NCBI GenBank assembly: GCA_038087875.1
Contig: JAXLNO010000073.1
Coordinates: 806,001 to 866,520 of the forward strand
From: Malacoraja senta
Lineage: Eukaryota
Direction of reading: 5' to 3'
DNA: 60,520 nt
The notes beneath the pieces were generated by a model. That model made no database searches. It was not told where the DNA came from and saw only the letters and a list, made by a program, of their open reading frames with translations. The position numbers were made by a program, and so were the translations under genes. Positions 34,930 to 48,337 of the stretch are shown piece after piece (positions within the stretch are counted from its first letter, which is position 1; the number at the start of each line of letters is the position of its first letter).

Positions 34930-35540
34930 AATACCATGTGCCCTAATTTTGCCCACTAATCTCCTATGTGGGATCTTGTAAAATGCTTTCTGAAAGTCCA
35001 GGTACACTACATCCACTGGCTCTCCCTTGTCCATTTTCCTAGTTACATCCTCAAAAAATTCCAGATTTGTCAAGCATGATTTCCCCTTCGTAAATCCACG
35101 CTAACTCGGACCGATCCTGTTACTGCTATCCAAATGTGCGGCTATTTCATCTTTTATGATTGACTCCAGCATCTGCCCCACCACCGATGTCAGGCTAACT
35201 GGTCTATAAATCCCCGTTTTCTCTCTCCCGCCTTTCTTAAAAAGTGGGATAACATTAGCTACCCTCCAATCCACAGGAACTGATCCTGAGTCTATAGAAC
35301 ATTGGAAAATTATCACCAATGCATCCACGATTTCTAGAGCCACTTCCTTAAGTACCCTGGGATGCAGACCATCAGGCCCTGGGGATTTATCAGCCTTCAG
35401 TCCCATCAGTCTATCCAACACCATTTCCTGCCTAATGTGGATTTCCTTCAGTTCCTCTGTCACCCCAGATCCTCTGGCCACTAGTACATCAGGAAGATTG
35501 TGTGTGTCCTCCTTAGTGAAGACGGATCCAAAGTACCTGA
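34930..35540 (-). mobile_element. CR1 RT N-terminal fragment
   Basis: KSPGPDGLHPRVLKEVA...YRPVSLTS...DVVYLDFQKAF. Confidence 0.9.
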
Positions 35541-35900
35541 GTCATAGAGTGATACGGTGTGGAAACAGGCCCTTCGGCCCAACGTGCCCATACCGGCCAA
35601 CATGTCGCATCTAAACTAGTCCCACCTGCCCGCATTTGGTCCAGATCCCTCCAAAACTGTCCTATCCATGTACCTGTCTAACTGTTTCTTAAACATTGGG
35701 ATAGTCCCAGCCTCAACTACCTCCTCCGGCAGCTCGTTCTATACACCCACCACCCTCTGTGTGAAAAAGTTACCCCTCGGATTCCTATTAAATCTTTTCC
35801 CCTTCACCTTGAACCTATGTCCTCTGGTCCTCGATTCCCCTACTCTGGGCAAGAGACTCTGTGCGTCTACCCGATCTATTCCTCTCATGATTTTATACAC
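35540..35900 (-). mobile_element. CR1 3' end
   Basis: Reverse complement of the 20788-21300 subfamily. Confidence 0.85.
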
Positions 35901-36102
35901 TAGAGATTTTATATGTCTAGTTTAGAGATACAGCGCGTAAGCAGGCCCACCCCGGCCACTCCCTCTTCACCCCTCTCCCATCAGGCAAGAGGTACAGAAG
36001 TGTGACAACGCACACCTCCAGATTTAGGGACAGTTTCTTCCCAGCTGTTATCAGGCAACTACTGGAGAGCGGTCCTGAATTACCATCTACCTCATTGGAG
36101 AC

Positions 36103-37318
36103 CCAGCTCTGTACTGTCCTCACCTCTGGGGGTGCGCTCTTTAATTGCTGCCTGTAGGCAGGAAGAAGCAGCACTGCGGTATGGTCGGATTTACCGAAGT
36201 GAGGGCGTGGGATAGAGCGATAGGCATTCTTGATGGTGGTGTAGCAGTGGTCGAGGGTGTTTGGTCCTCTGGAGCAGCAGGAGACATGTTGGTGGAAGTT
36301 TGGGAATGATTTCTTTAGGTTTGCCTTGTTGATGTCCCCAGCAATGGTGGTAAATGCCTCGGGGTAAGACGTCTGGTGTTTGTTGACCACGGCGTGCAGC
36401 TCCTCCAGTGCGAGACGGACAACTGTCTGGGGTCAGGATGATGGAGGTGACTTCCCTCGGAAGGTAGAAAGGACGACACTTCACCGCCAGATGTTCGAGG
36501 TGTGGAGAGCAGGAGTTGGACAGGACTGCCACGTCTGAGCACCACGCAGAGTTGACCATGAGGCAGACGCCCCCTCCTCTCCCTTTCCCAGATGCCAGGG
36601 TAAGGTCCATACGGTGGATGGAGAACCCTTCAGGCTGGACCGCTGAGTCTGGGGAGCTGGGGGTGAGCCATGTCTCTGTGAAACAGAACACAGAACATTC
36701 CCTCAGCTCCCTTTGATAAAGCAGTCTTGCCCTTAAGTCCTCCACTTTATTTTCAAGGGACTGTACGTTGGCCAGTAGGATAGTAGGGAGAGGGGGCTGA
36801 AGTCCCCTGCGCTTCAGTCTGACCTGAAGTCCTGCCCATCGGCCACGTTTCCAGACACAATGGAGGCTTCCCCTTTGTTTCCAGGTACTGCGTTTAACTG
36901 TACCTGCTGTTTCTGAGAACCTGCGCTGGAACGGGGATTCCCTCACAGACGGCAGCTCCAGCTCCGTAACGAACGTGGGTACCTTCAAAGTCGGCATCTC
37001 CAGCTCCGTTGTTCCTGGAGGATCCAGCCCGTCGTCTCTGGAGGTCATCCCGGGGTTCCCAGGTACCGTACCTGGGATCCTCAGTCGGGTCGGCGTGGGA
37101 AAATTTAAAGTCCGGGGCTCCCACCGCTGCGGGAGATCGCGAAATTGCGAGAGCCGTGAGGTGCTCAAGCAGCTTGTCTGAAACGGCACCGTTTTCTGCC
37201 GGTTTCCTGATCCAGGTGAGTTGAATGAAGTTGTATCTAAGCCTTTTTGGGTTCTGGTGCTCCGCAAAAGTCGCCGTAGGCAGGTGCCATCTTGGAATGC
37301 AGTACTTGGAAAGTACAA
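36103..37318 (-). mobile_element. Rex1/Babar LINE 5' region with APE endonuclease, frameshifted near 36430
   Basis: ILLANVQSLENK...FTETWL...GRGGGVCLMVN...KCRPFYLPRE, then IAGDIN...TLDHCY...FGKSDH. Confidence 0.85.
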
Positions 37319-37626
37319 TTGAAAGTTCATTGTCCTACCAGGGACACATGACAATAAACTCACTTGAACTTGGACTATCTTTAATCGGACTCTATTAAAA
37401 TTTTTTCGCTTTATCGTGCTTAGCTTAATTTAGTTTAGAGATACAGCGCGGAAACAGGCCCTTCGTCCCACCGGGTCCGCGCCGACCAGTGATCACCGCA
37501 CGCTAACACTATCCTACACACACTAGAGACAATTTACATTTGCACCAAGCCAATTAACCTACAAACCTCAACGTCTTTGGAGTGTGGGAGGAAACCGGAG
37601 ATCTCGGAGAAAACCCACGCAGGTCA

Positions 37627-39707
37627 CATATAACATATAACATATAACAATTACAGCACAGAAACAGGCCGTCTCGGCCCTTCTAGTCTGTGCCGAACAC
37701 TTATTCTCACCTAGTCCCATCTACCTGCACTCAGACCATAACCCTCCATTCCTTTCCCGTCCATATACCCATCCAATTTATTTTTAAATTATAAAATCGA
37801 ACCAGCCTCCACCACTTCCACTGGAAGCTCATTCCACACAGCTACCACTCTCTGAGTAAAGAAGTTCCCCCTCATGTTACCCTTAAACTTCTGTCCCTTA
37901 TTTCTCAAATCATGTCCTCTTGTTTGAATCCTCCCTACTCTCAATGGGAAGAGCTTATCCACGTCAACTCTGTCTATCCCTCTCATCATTTTAAAGACCT
38001 CTATCAAGTCCCCTCTTAACATTCTGCGCTCCAAAGAATAAAGACCTAACTTGTTCAACCTTTCTCTGTAACTTAGTTGCTGAAACCCAGGCAACATTCT
38101 AGTAAATGTCCTCTGTACTCTCTCTATTTTGTTGACATCCTTCCTAATTTGGCGACCAAAACTGCACACCATACTCCAGAATTGGCCTCACCAATGCCTT
38201 GTACAATTTTAACATTACATTCCAACTTCTATACTCAATGCTCTGATTTATAAAGGCCAGCACACCAAAAGCTTTCTTTACCACCCTATCTACATGAGAT
38301 TCCACCTTCAGGGAACTATGCACAGTTATTCCTAGATCCCTCTGTTCAACTGCATTCCTCAATTCGGTACCATTTACCGTGTACGTCCTATTTTGATTTG
38401 TCCTGCCGAGATGTAGCACCTCACACTTATCAGCATTAAACTCCATCTGCCATCTTTCAGCCCACTCTTCCAAATGGCCTAAATCTCTCTGTAGGCTTTG
38501 AAAATCTACTTAATTATCCACAACACCACCTATCTTAGTATCATCTGCATACTTACTAATCCAATTTACCACACCATCATCCAGATCAGTGATGTATATG
38601 ACAAACAACAGTGGACCCAACACAGATCCCTGAGGCACCCCACTAGGCACCGGCCTCCAACCTGACAAACAGCCATCCACCATTACTCTCTGGCATCTCC
38701 CATTCAGCCTCTCTTGAATCCATCTTGCTACTCCACCATTAATACCCTACAATTGAACCTTCTTAACCAACCTTCCATGTGGAACCTTGTCAAAGGCCTT
38801 ACTGAAGTCCATATAGACAACATCCACCGCTTTACCCTCATCAATTTCCCTAGTAACCTCTTCAAAAAATTCAAGAAGATTAGTCAAACATGACCTTCCA
38901 GGCACAAATCCATGTTGACTGTTCCTAATCAGACCCTGTTTATCCAGATGATTATATATATTATCTCTAAGTATCCTTTCCATTAATTTGCCCACCACTG
39001 ACGTCAAACTAACAGGTCTATAATTGCTAAGTTTACTCTTCGAACCCTTTTTAAACAACGGAACAACATGCGCAGTACGCCAATCCTTCGGCACCATTCC
39101 CGTTTCTAATGACATTTGAAATATTTCTGTCATAGCCCCTGTTATTTCTACACTAACTTCCCTCAATGTCCTAGGGAATATCCTGTCAGGACCTGGAGAC
39201 TTATCCACTTTTATATTTTTCAAAAGTGTCAGTACTTCCTCTTCTTTGAATCTCATAGTTTCCATAGCTACTCTACTTGTTTCCCTTACCTAACATAATT
39301 CAATATCCTTCTCCTTGGTGAATACCGAAGAAAAGAAATTGTTCCATATCTCCCCCATCTCTTTTGGCTCTGCAGATAGCTGTCCACCCTGACTCTCTAA
39401 TGGACCAATTTTATCCCTCGTTATCCTTTTGCTATTAATATAGCTGTAGAAACCCTTTGGATTTACTTTCACCTTACTTGCCAAAGCAACCTCATATCTT
39501 CTTTTAGCTTTTCTAATTTCTTTCTTAATATTCTTTTTACATTCTTTATACTCCTCAAGCACCTCATTTACTCCATGCCGCCTATAATTATTGTAGACCT
39601 CTCTCTTTTTCTGAATCGCGTCCAATTTCCCTTGAAAACCATGGCTCTTTCCAATTTTTACTATTTCCTTTCAACCGAACAGGGACATAAAGATTCTGTA
39701 CTCTTAA
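37627..39707 (-). mobile_element. CR1 LINE of about 2.1 kb (tether, RT, 3' tail), inserted in a SINE (37425-37626 and 39710-39815)
   Basis: ORFs 39290-39625, 38747-39265 (DVVYMDFSKAFDKVPH), 38144-38473 and 37789-38172. Confidence 0.93.
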
Positions 39708-40097
39708 AATGGGGAGAACATACAAACTCCGTGCAAACAGCACCCGTAGTCGGGATCGAACCCAGGTCTCTGGCACTGTAAGTGCTGTAAGAGCTATTCA
39801 ACTGCTGTGCCATCGTGTAGCCCAATTTATCTGTACATTGTGGACGGCTCGATTATAACCACGCATAGTCTTTCTGCTGACTGGTTAGCACGCAACAAAA
39901 AGCTTTTCACTGTACCTCGGTACACGTGGCAATAAACTAAACTGAACTAAACTAATGGGTCGGAAGAAACTGCAGATGCTGGTTTAAAATGAAGATAGAT
40001 GCAAAGTGCTGGAGTAACTCTGGAGAGAAGGACTGGGTAACGTTTCGGGTCGAGAAATTAATAGGTCTATAGTTAGGGACAAATCAATCCATGTGAA

Positions 40098-40410
40098 GGG
40101 CAGCACGTTGGCGCAGCGGTAGAGTTGCTGCCTTACAGCACCGACAGCACCAAAGACCCCGGTTCGATCCTGACTATGGGTGCTGACTGTACGAAGTTTG
40201 TACGTTCTCCCCGTGATCTGCGTGGGTTTTCTCCGAGATTTTTGGTTTCCTCCCGCACTCCAAAGACGTACAATTTTGTTGGTTAATTGGCTTGGTGTAT
40301 GTGTAAATTGTCCCCAGTGTGTGTAGGGCAGTGCGTGTGTGCGGGGATCGCTGGTCGGTGCGGACACGTTCGGCCGAAGGGTCTGTATCTACGCTGTGTG
40401 TCTAAACTAA
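40098..40410 (+). mobile_element. tRNA-derived SINE (HE1-like)
   Basis: A-box TGGCGCAGCGG, B-box GGTTCGATCC, (AAACT) tail. Confidence 0.85.
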
Positions 40411-40469
40411 ACTACAACTGAGCTAAACATGATGAGATGAATAACTTCCAAGGAATGATTGGGCAAACC

Positions 40470-41170
40470 TATGATGAGTATTTGTCGGCACTGGGCCTGT
40501 ACTCGCTGGAATTTAGAAGGATGAGGGGTGGAGGTTTACGAGAATGATTCCATTGAAACATACAGAATAGTGAAAGGCCTGGATAGAATGGATGCGGAGA
40601 GGATGTTTCCACTAGTGGGAGAGTCTAGGACCAGAGGGCACAGCCTCAGAATTAAAGGACGTTCTTTCAGGAAGGAGATGAGGAGGAATTTCTTTAGCCA
40701 GAGGGTGGTGAATCTATGGGATTCTTTGCCACAGACGGCTGTGGAGGCCACAAGTCAGTGGATATTTTTAAGGCAGAGATAGATAGATTGTTGATTAGTG
40801 CGGGTGTCAGGGGTTATGGGGAGAAGGCAGGAGAATGGGGTTAGGAGGGAGAGATAGATCAGCCATGATTGAATGGCGGAGTAGACTTGATGGGCCGATT
40901 GGCCTGATTCTGCTCCTATTACTCCATCTGTGGCAAAGAATTTCACAGATTCACCACCCTCTGACTAAAGAAATTCCTCCTCATCTCCTTCCTAAAGGTA
41001 TGTCCTTTAATTCTGAGGCTGTGACCTCTGGTCCTAGACTCTCCCACTAGTGGAAACATCCTCTCCACATCCACTGTATCCAGGCCTTTCACTATTCTGT
41101 ATGTTTCAATGAGGTCCCCCCTCATACTTCTAAACTCCAGCGAGTACAGGCCCAGTGCCGACAAACGCAC
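40470..41170. mobile_element. Two CR1 3' fragments tail-to-tail (+ 40470-40922; - 40925-41170)
   Basis: ORFs 40528-40782 (+) and 40943-41227 (-). Confidence 0.85.
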
Positions 41171-41912
41171 ATAAAGGGAATGCCTTTCACATAAGGTGCT
41201 GTGAAAACATAGCCATTCAGGCAACACCCATGGATGGAATGGACAGATGACGTTTCAGGTCAGGACCCTTCCTCAGACCGTTGGGGTAAAGGGGAGAATG
41301 GTGAAAAAGAAAATGGGGGTTGGGGAGATGCCTTGCAAGTGATAGGTGGATATAGGTGAGGGAGATGTCAAAACTGCAGTTGCTGGTATATACCGAAGGG
41401 CCAAGTGGCCGACTCCATTTTCTCCGCTTTCTACTTTTCTATACTGAAGGAAGACACAAAGTGCTGGAGTAACTCAGTGGGTCAGGCATCATCTTTGTAG
41501 ACACAGGGTGGGTGACATTTCGTGTCAGGCCTGAAGAAGTGACCCGACGCGAAACGTCACCCATCCTTTCCCTCCAGAGATGCTGCCTGACCCGCTGAGT
41601 TACTCCAGCACTTTGTACCTATCTGTGTTCTCCAGAGATGCTGCCTGATCCGCTGAGTTGCTCCAGCACTTTGTACCTGTCTTAGGTGAGGGAGGGTTAT
41701 TGGCCAGAGGGACGGAGATTCAAAATGGAGACATTGCAGTGGAGACAATAGGTTATCAGATAAGCAGAGGAGATGAGGAGTGAAATTTAGCTTTAGTGTA
41801 GCTTTGAGAACAAGTATGGAAACAAGCCCTTTGGCCCTCCGTGTCCACACTGTCCACGGAAGGAATGAGAGGAATATATCGGGTAGACGCACAGAGTCTC
41901 TTGCCCAGAGTA

Positions 41913-42696
41913 ATAATAATAATAATAATAGATTTTATTTATATAGCGCTTTTCAGGACTCAAAGTCGCTTTACATGGAGAGTCAAGAATAAACAAAACC
42001 AAATAGAGCAGTAAGACAGAGGGGAGGGGAACATGGGACTAAGGGTATGAAGAGATGGGTCTTGAGGCGGGACTGGAAGATGGTGAGGGACTCAGAATTT
42101 CGGACCGGTTGTGGGAGGGAATTCCAGAGCCTGGGAGCTGCCCTGGAGAAGGCTCTGCCTCCAAAAGTGCAGAGGTTGGATTTCGGAGTGGAGAGGAGAC
42201 CAGCTGATGTGGATCTGAGGGACCGTGAGGGTTGGTAGGGGGAGCGGAGGTCAATGAGATAAGGGGGGCCAGGTTGTTGAGGGCTTTGTAGGTGAGGACC
42301 AGGATTTTGTAGATGATCCGGTGGGAAATGGGAAGCCAGTGAAGTTCTTTGAGAACTGGGGTGATGTGGTGCCAGGATTTGGTGTGGGTAATGAGTCGGG
42401 CGGCTGCATTTTGGACCAGTTGGAGTCGTTTGATGCTGCTGGAATTGATTCCGAAAAGAAGAGAGTTACAGTAGTCCAGTCGGGAGGAGATGAAGGCATG
42501 GATGAGTCTTTCAGCAGCGGGGGGTGTGAGAGACGATCTGATTTTTGCAATGTTGCGGAGGTGAAAAAATGATGTTTTGACAACATGGCGGATGTGAGGC
42601 TCAAGGGAGAGGGTTGAGTCAAGGATCAGGCCAAGGTTGCGTGCCTGAGGAGATGGGGAGACAGTGATGCCGTCGATAGTGAGAGTGGGGTTGTTA
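41913..42696 (-). mobile_element. L2 LINE 3' fragment inserted in a CR1, with 6-bp TSD
   Basis: RNLGLILDS...FFHLRNIAKIR...LIHAFISSRLDYCNSLL...LQLVQNAAARL...LHWLPI; (TTA)n tail; AGAGTA at 41907-41912 and 42697-42702. Confidence 0.92.
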
Positions 42697-43094
42697 AGAG
42701 TAGGGGAATCGAGGACCAGAGGACATAGGTTCAAGGTGAAGGGGAAAAGATTTAATGGGAATCTGAGGGCTAACATTTTCACACAAAGGGTGGTGGGTGT
42801 ATGGAACGAGCTGCCAGAGGAGGTAGTTGAGGCTGGGACTATTCCAACATTTAAGAAACCCTGCAACAATTTAATGGTTCAATTATCTCTGTGCGAAACC
42901 CTCATGGTTGTAACTCATGACAAACTGAGTCTGTCAGCTAAAAGGTACAACTGCAAAATGCTCTTTGCTTTAATGGGAAGGGTTCTAATGAATAGGTTTA
43001 CAGTCTTGGGATCTTGTAACGCCAGTAGATTGTGTTGGTCCAGGGAGAAATTGTGAGCATTTTCAAGCAGCGGGTGGTGAATCTACGGAAGGCG

Positions 43095-43345
43095 ATCACG
43101 GTGGCGCAGCGGTAGAGTTGCCGCCATACAGCACTTGCAGCGCCAGAGACCCAGGTTCGATCCCGACCACGGGTGCTGTCTGTACGGAGTTTGTACCTTC
43201 TCCCCGTGACCATGTGGGTTTTCTCCGAGATCTTTGGTTTCCTCCCACACTCCAAAGACGTACAGGTTTGTAGGTTAATTGGCTTTTTAAATGTAAAAAT
43301 TGTCCCTAGGGTGTGGGAAGGTTAGTGTTAGTGTGCGGGGATCGC
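43095..43345 (+). mobile_element. tRNA-derived SINE (HE1-like)
   Basis: A-box GGTGGCGCAGCGG and B-box GGTTCGATCCC. Confidence 0.85.
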
Positions 43346-43542
43346 CGAAGGGCTGGAGTAACTCAGCGGGACAGGCAGCATCTCTGGAGAGAAGGAATGG
43401 GTGACGTTTTCTGGATCAGGACCCTTTCTTCAGAACTTCAGACCCATCTAAAGAAGGGTTTCGTCCCAAAAAACATCACCCATTCCTTCTCTCCAGAGAT
43501 GCTGCCTGTCCCGTTGAGTTACTCCAGCATTTTGTATCTATG

Positions 43543-44588
43543 TAGGTATGTTACAAAACTTACATTCAGCCGCGCTGTAATTCTGCCACTGGCCGTTGTG
43601 CGCGATTTTGGCGCCTTTAAGGGGGGGGGGCGGGCTTAAAATGCGGGTTTCTCCTCCCTTGTCCTGAATTATATTTCATTGGAGTACAAGCGTTTGCTGA
43701 AAAATCGTTCCTAGGGGCGTTTTGTGAATTTTTTATTTTTATTAAATCGTCAATGTCAGCGCTGGAGTAATTTTAAAATCAGCTCCTGAAGCCGTCAACG
43801 CCGATAACGGGGACGGATTTCACGCACGGGACAGGTAAACGAAAGTGGTTTATTTAAATGTATAAAAGTGCTTCTTAAGAAGCCTTCAATTCACATTTTT
43901 TCATGCGACACGGTGATTTTATTCCCCAAACTAACGGCAGTATTTTTCATGCCAATACGGGGTTAAATTCACCGCAAATGAACGTTCCAAAAGATCGCGT
44001 TCCAGAAATCCTCACTCACAAGATGATTTAAATGCCCATTAATTTACAGGTATTAAACATTCAATTCCTTCCATTTGGCCTGTAAATTCATGACAATGAG
44101 ATTTAAAAATTATGTTATATTGTGAATTCTTGTGTGAATGTTATTTGGACACTTAGGCTATTTAAAAATGTTAATCTATTCTTAAGAAACTGATAGATGT
44201 TTAGATCTAGTAATTGAATTTTGTAATTAGCTACAATTAGGTAACTAACTAATTATAAGCTTTAATTTCATGTCTTCTAAGTAAGATTGTTTCATATTTG
44301 TTTCAGAATGCTTCAATCTATAATAACTGAAATTTTCTTTCAGTTCTCTTAATTTTTAAGAAAGTTATGGGCTTTTGACTCTCCTCGATCACAGCTTTTG
44401 TGTTAAGTCAATGGAAAAGCAATAGGGAACAAGATGCTAATTTCCGAGTATGAAAATGGCCATAACTTTTTTAATACTGAAGATATGAAAGTGAATTAGG
44501 TGTCAAATTAAACTTCTTTTTATGCTTTATCTGATGGGATGAATTGCAGACTTTATTTTTAAAATCTCAAAATTTTGTAACATTGCTA
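43543..44588. mobile_element. Non-autonomous DNA transposon (1046 bp) with hAT-like termini and 7-bp TSD
   Basis: TIRs TAGGTATGTTACAAAACTT and reverse-complement TAGCAATGTTACAAAATTT (16/19); TSD ATCTATG at 43536-43542 and 44589-44595; AT-rich, no transposase ORF. Confidence 0.85.
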
Positions 44589-44764
44589 ATCTATGCTAGG
44601 CAAAGTGGCCTAAATCCGTTCATATCACTTCTGAACCTGTGATCTTATTGGATCACTGCACTGGCTTAAACAGTATCTCATAGTTTGCTTGGGCAGCTTA
44701 CAGCTGAGTGGTGTGAATATTCATTTCTCTCAGTTCGGGTAGCCCAGGCTTTCCCTCCCTCCCT

Positions 44765-46447
44765 GAAGACACAAACAATCTCCCAGATATACTAGGGGGC
44801 CGAGGATCTAGTGGGAGGGAGGAATCGAAGGGAATCCACTTTAGTCAGGAATTGGTGTTAGGTAAACTGTTGGGACTGAGGGCAGATAAATCCCCAGGGC
44901 CTGATGGTCTGCGTCCCAGAGTACTCAAGGAGGTGGCCCAAGAAATTGTGGATGCATTGGTGATCATAATTTTCCAATGTTCTCTCGACTCTGGATCAGT
45001 TCCCGTGGACTGGAGGGTAGCCAATGTAACTCCACTTTTTAAGAAGAGCGAGGGGAATTATAGACCAGTTAGCCTTACATCGGTAGTGGGGAAGATGCTT
45101 GTGTCGATTATTAAAGATGTTATAGCAGTGCGTTTGGAAAGCAGTGACAGGATCGGTCAAAGTCAGCATGGATTTATGAAGGGGAAATCACGCTTGACTA
45201 ATCTTCTGGAATTTTTTGAGGATGTAACAAGTAGAATGGATAAGGGAGAGCCAGTGGATGTGGTGTATCTGGAATTTCAAAAAGCCTTTGACAAGGTCCC
45301 ACATAGGAGATTAGTGTGCAAAATTAGATGGTATTGGGGGTAGGGTATTGACAATCTGGTGTTCATTCTGGAGAACATGGGTAGAGAACTGAAGCAAACA
45401 GGAAGCAAAGAGTAGGAATTAACGGGTCATTTTCAGAATGGCAGGCAGTGACTAGTGGGGTGCCGCAAGGCTCGGTGCTGGGACCCCAGTTATTGACAGT
45501 ATATATTAACGATTTAGACGAGGGAATTAAATGTGACATCTCCCAGTTTGCGGATGATACAAAGTTGGGTAGCAGTGTGAGCTGCGAGGAGGATGCTATG
45601 AGGCTGCAGGGTGACTTGGATAGGTTGGGTGAGTGGCCAGTTGCATGGCAGATGCAGTATAATGTGGATAAATGTGAGGTCATCCACTTTGGTGGCAAAA
45701 ACAGGAAGGCAGATTATTATCTGAATGGTGTCAGATTAGGAAAAAGGGAAGTGCAACGAGACCTGGGTGTTCTTGTACATCAGTCACTGAAAGTTAGCAT
45801 GCAGGTTCAGCAGGCAGTGAAGAAAACTAATGGCATGTTGGCCTTCATTGTGAGAGCATTTGAGTACAGGAGCAAGGAGGTCCTACTGCAGTTGTACAGG
45901 GACCTGGTGAGACCGCACCTGGAATATTGTGTACAATTTTGGTCTCCTAATTTGAGTAAGGACATTCTTGCTATTGAGGGAGTGCAGCATAGGTTCACCA
46001 GGTTAATTCCCGGGATGGCGGGACTGGGCTTGTATTCACTTGAATTTAGAAGAATGAGAGGGCATCTTATAGAAACATATAAATTTCTTAAAGGATTGGA
46101 CAGGCTGGATGCAGGAAACATTTTCCCGATGTTGGGGTAGTCCTGAACCAGGGGTCACAGTTTAAGAATAAGGGGTCAACCATTTAGGACTGAGATGAGG
46201 AAAGCTTTTTCACCCAGAGAGTTGTGGATCTGTGGAATTCTCTGCCACAGAAGGCAGTGGAGGCCAATTGACTGGATGTTTTCCAGAGAGAGTTAGATTT
46301 AGCTCTTAGGGCTAAGGGAATCAAGGGATATGGGGAGAAAGCAGGAATGGGGTACTGATATTGGATGATCAGCCACGATCATATTGAATGGCAGCGCTGG
46401 CTCGAAGGGCTGAATGGCCTACTCCTGCACCTATTTTTCTATGTTTC
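44765..46447 (+). mobile_element. CR1 LINE, RT to 3' tail
   Basis: ORFs 44852-45343 and 45448-46140 ([17 protein letters not shown]). Confidence 0.93.
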
Positions 46448-46706
46448 TATCCCTCCCCCACCCAAGTCGCACCAGCTTCTCGTTCTCACCCAACAAACAG
46501 CAAACAATGGCCTGTTTCCTTTATCATCGTTACTTTTTTGCATATCTTTCATTCTCTGGTCTTTATCTCTCCACATCACCGTCTATATCTCTTCTTTCCC
46601 TTATCCTTAACCAGTCTGAAGAAGGGTCTCGACCTGAAACGTCACCCGTTCCTTCATTCCAGAGATGCTGCCTGTCCCGCTGAGTTACTCCAACATTTTG
46701 TGTCTA

Positions 46707-47305
46707 TAGAAACATAGAAACATAGAAAATAGGTGCAGGAGGAGGCCATTCAGCCCTTCGAGCCAGCACCGCCATTCATTGTGATCATGGCTGATCGTCT
46801 CCAATCAATAACCCGTGCCTGCTTTCTCCACATATCCCTTGATTCCACTAGCCCTAGAGCTCTATCTAACTCTCTCTTAAATCCATCCAGTGACTTGGCC
46901 TCCACTGCCCTCTGTGGCAGGGAATTCCGTAAATTCACAACTCTCTGGGTGAAAAAGTTTTTTCTCACCTCAGTCTTAAATGGCCTCCCCTTTATTCTAA
47001 GCCTGTGGCCCCTGGTTCTGGACTCGCCCAACATTGGGAACATTTTTCCTGCATCTAGCTTGTCCAGTCTTTTTATAATTTTATATGTTTCTATAAGATT
47101 CCCCCTCATCCTTCTAAACTCCAGTGAATACAAGCCTAGTCTTTTCAATCTTTCCCCATATGACAGTCCCGCCATCCCAGGGATCAATCTCGTGAACCTA
47201 CGCTGCACTGCCTCAATCACAAGGATGTCCTTCCTCAAATTAGGAGACCAAACCTGTACACAATACTCCAGATGTGGTCTCACCAGAGCCCTATACAACT
47301 GCAGA
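46707..47305 (-). mobile_element. CR1 3' end inserted in a Penelope pLTR (46448-46706 and 47306-47335)
   Basis: ORF 46750-47298; the pLTR resumes with CGGTTTAAACCAGCATCTG. Confidence 0.88.
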
Positions 47306-48337
47306 CCGGTTTAAACCAGCATCTGTAGTTCCTTCATGCACACTGGTAAAAAGGTTACTGAAAACTGAGAGCAAGAGTCTCTCAAACTCTCAGACACATG
47401 CAGTGTGTGTTGTTGGTACCTTAGCAGCGGTTAGCTGAGGTAGTACACTGTAAACAAGGAAGCAAATGTGTCATCTTGGCTGAGGTGTATGATCAATAGG
47501 AACACATTAATCTCTTAGCACAGTGAGGTCCCAGCGGGTCTATCAGCAACCCGCAGCTGCCTTATCTTGGGCATTGGGTAGAGTTGCCGCTTCACAGCGT
47601 TGGAGACCTCGGTTTGATCCCGACTACGGGTGCTGCCGATAACAAGTTGTACGTTCTCCCTGTGACCTGAAGCATGGAAACAGGCCCTTCGGCCCAACTT
47701 GCCCACACCGGCCAACATGTCCCATCTACACTAGTCCCACCTGCCTGCGTTTGGCCCATATCCCTCCAAACATGTCCTATCCATGTACCTGTCTAACTGT
47801 TTCTTAAATGTTGGGATAGTCCCAGTCTCAATTACCTCCTCTGGCAGCTCGTTCCATACACCCACCACCCTCTGTGTGAAAAAGTTCTCCCTCAGATTCC
47901 TATGAAATCTTTTCCCCTTCACCTTGAACCTATGCCCTCTGGTCCTCGATTCCCCTACTCTAGGCAAGGAACTCTGTGGAGAAAGGCCTGGATAGAGTGG
48001 ATGTGGAGAGGATGTTTCCACTGGTGTGGGAGTCTAGGACCAGAGGGCACAGCCTCAGAATTAAAGGACGTTCCGGTAGGAAGGAGATGAGGAGGAATTT
48101 CTTTAGTCAGAGGGTGGTGAATCTGTGGAATTCTCTGCCACAGAGGGCTGTGGAGGCCACAAGTCAGTGGATATATTTAAGGCAGAGATAGATAGATTGT
48201 TGATTAGTGCGGGTGTCAGGGGCTATGGGGAGAAGGCAGGAGAATGGGGTTAGGAGGGAGAGATAGCAGTCTCTCCTCTAGTTAGGAGGCAGCTCGATGA
48301 CCTCTGTCTGGTCAGGGAGAGTGAGGAAGTCATAGAG

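Noticed and set aside
47417..47460. TGAGGTAGTA, matching the let-7 5' end, next to a small hairpin
   Set aside because: The match ends after 10 nt, the downstream sequence departs from let-7 and no pre-miRNA-sized 3' arm is visible.
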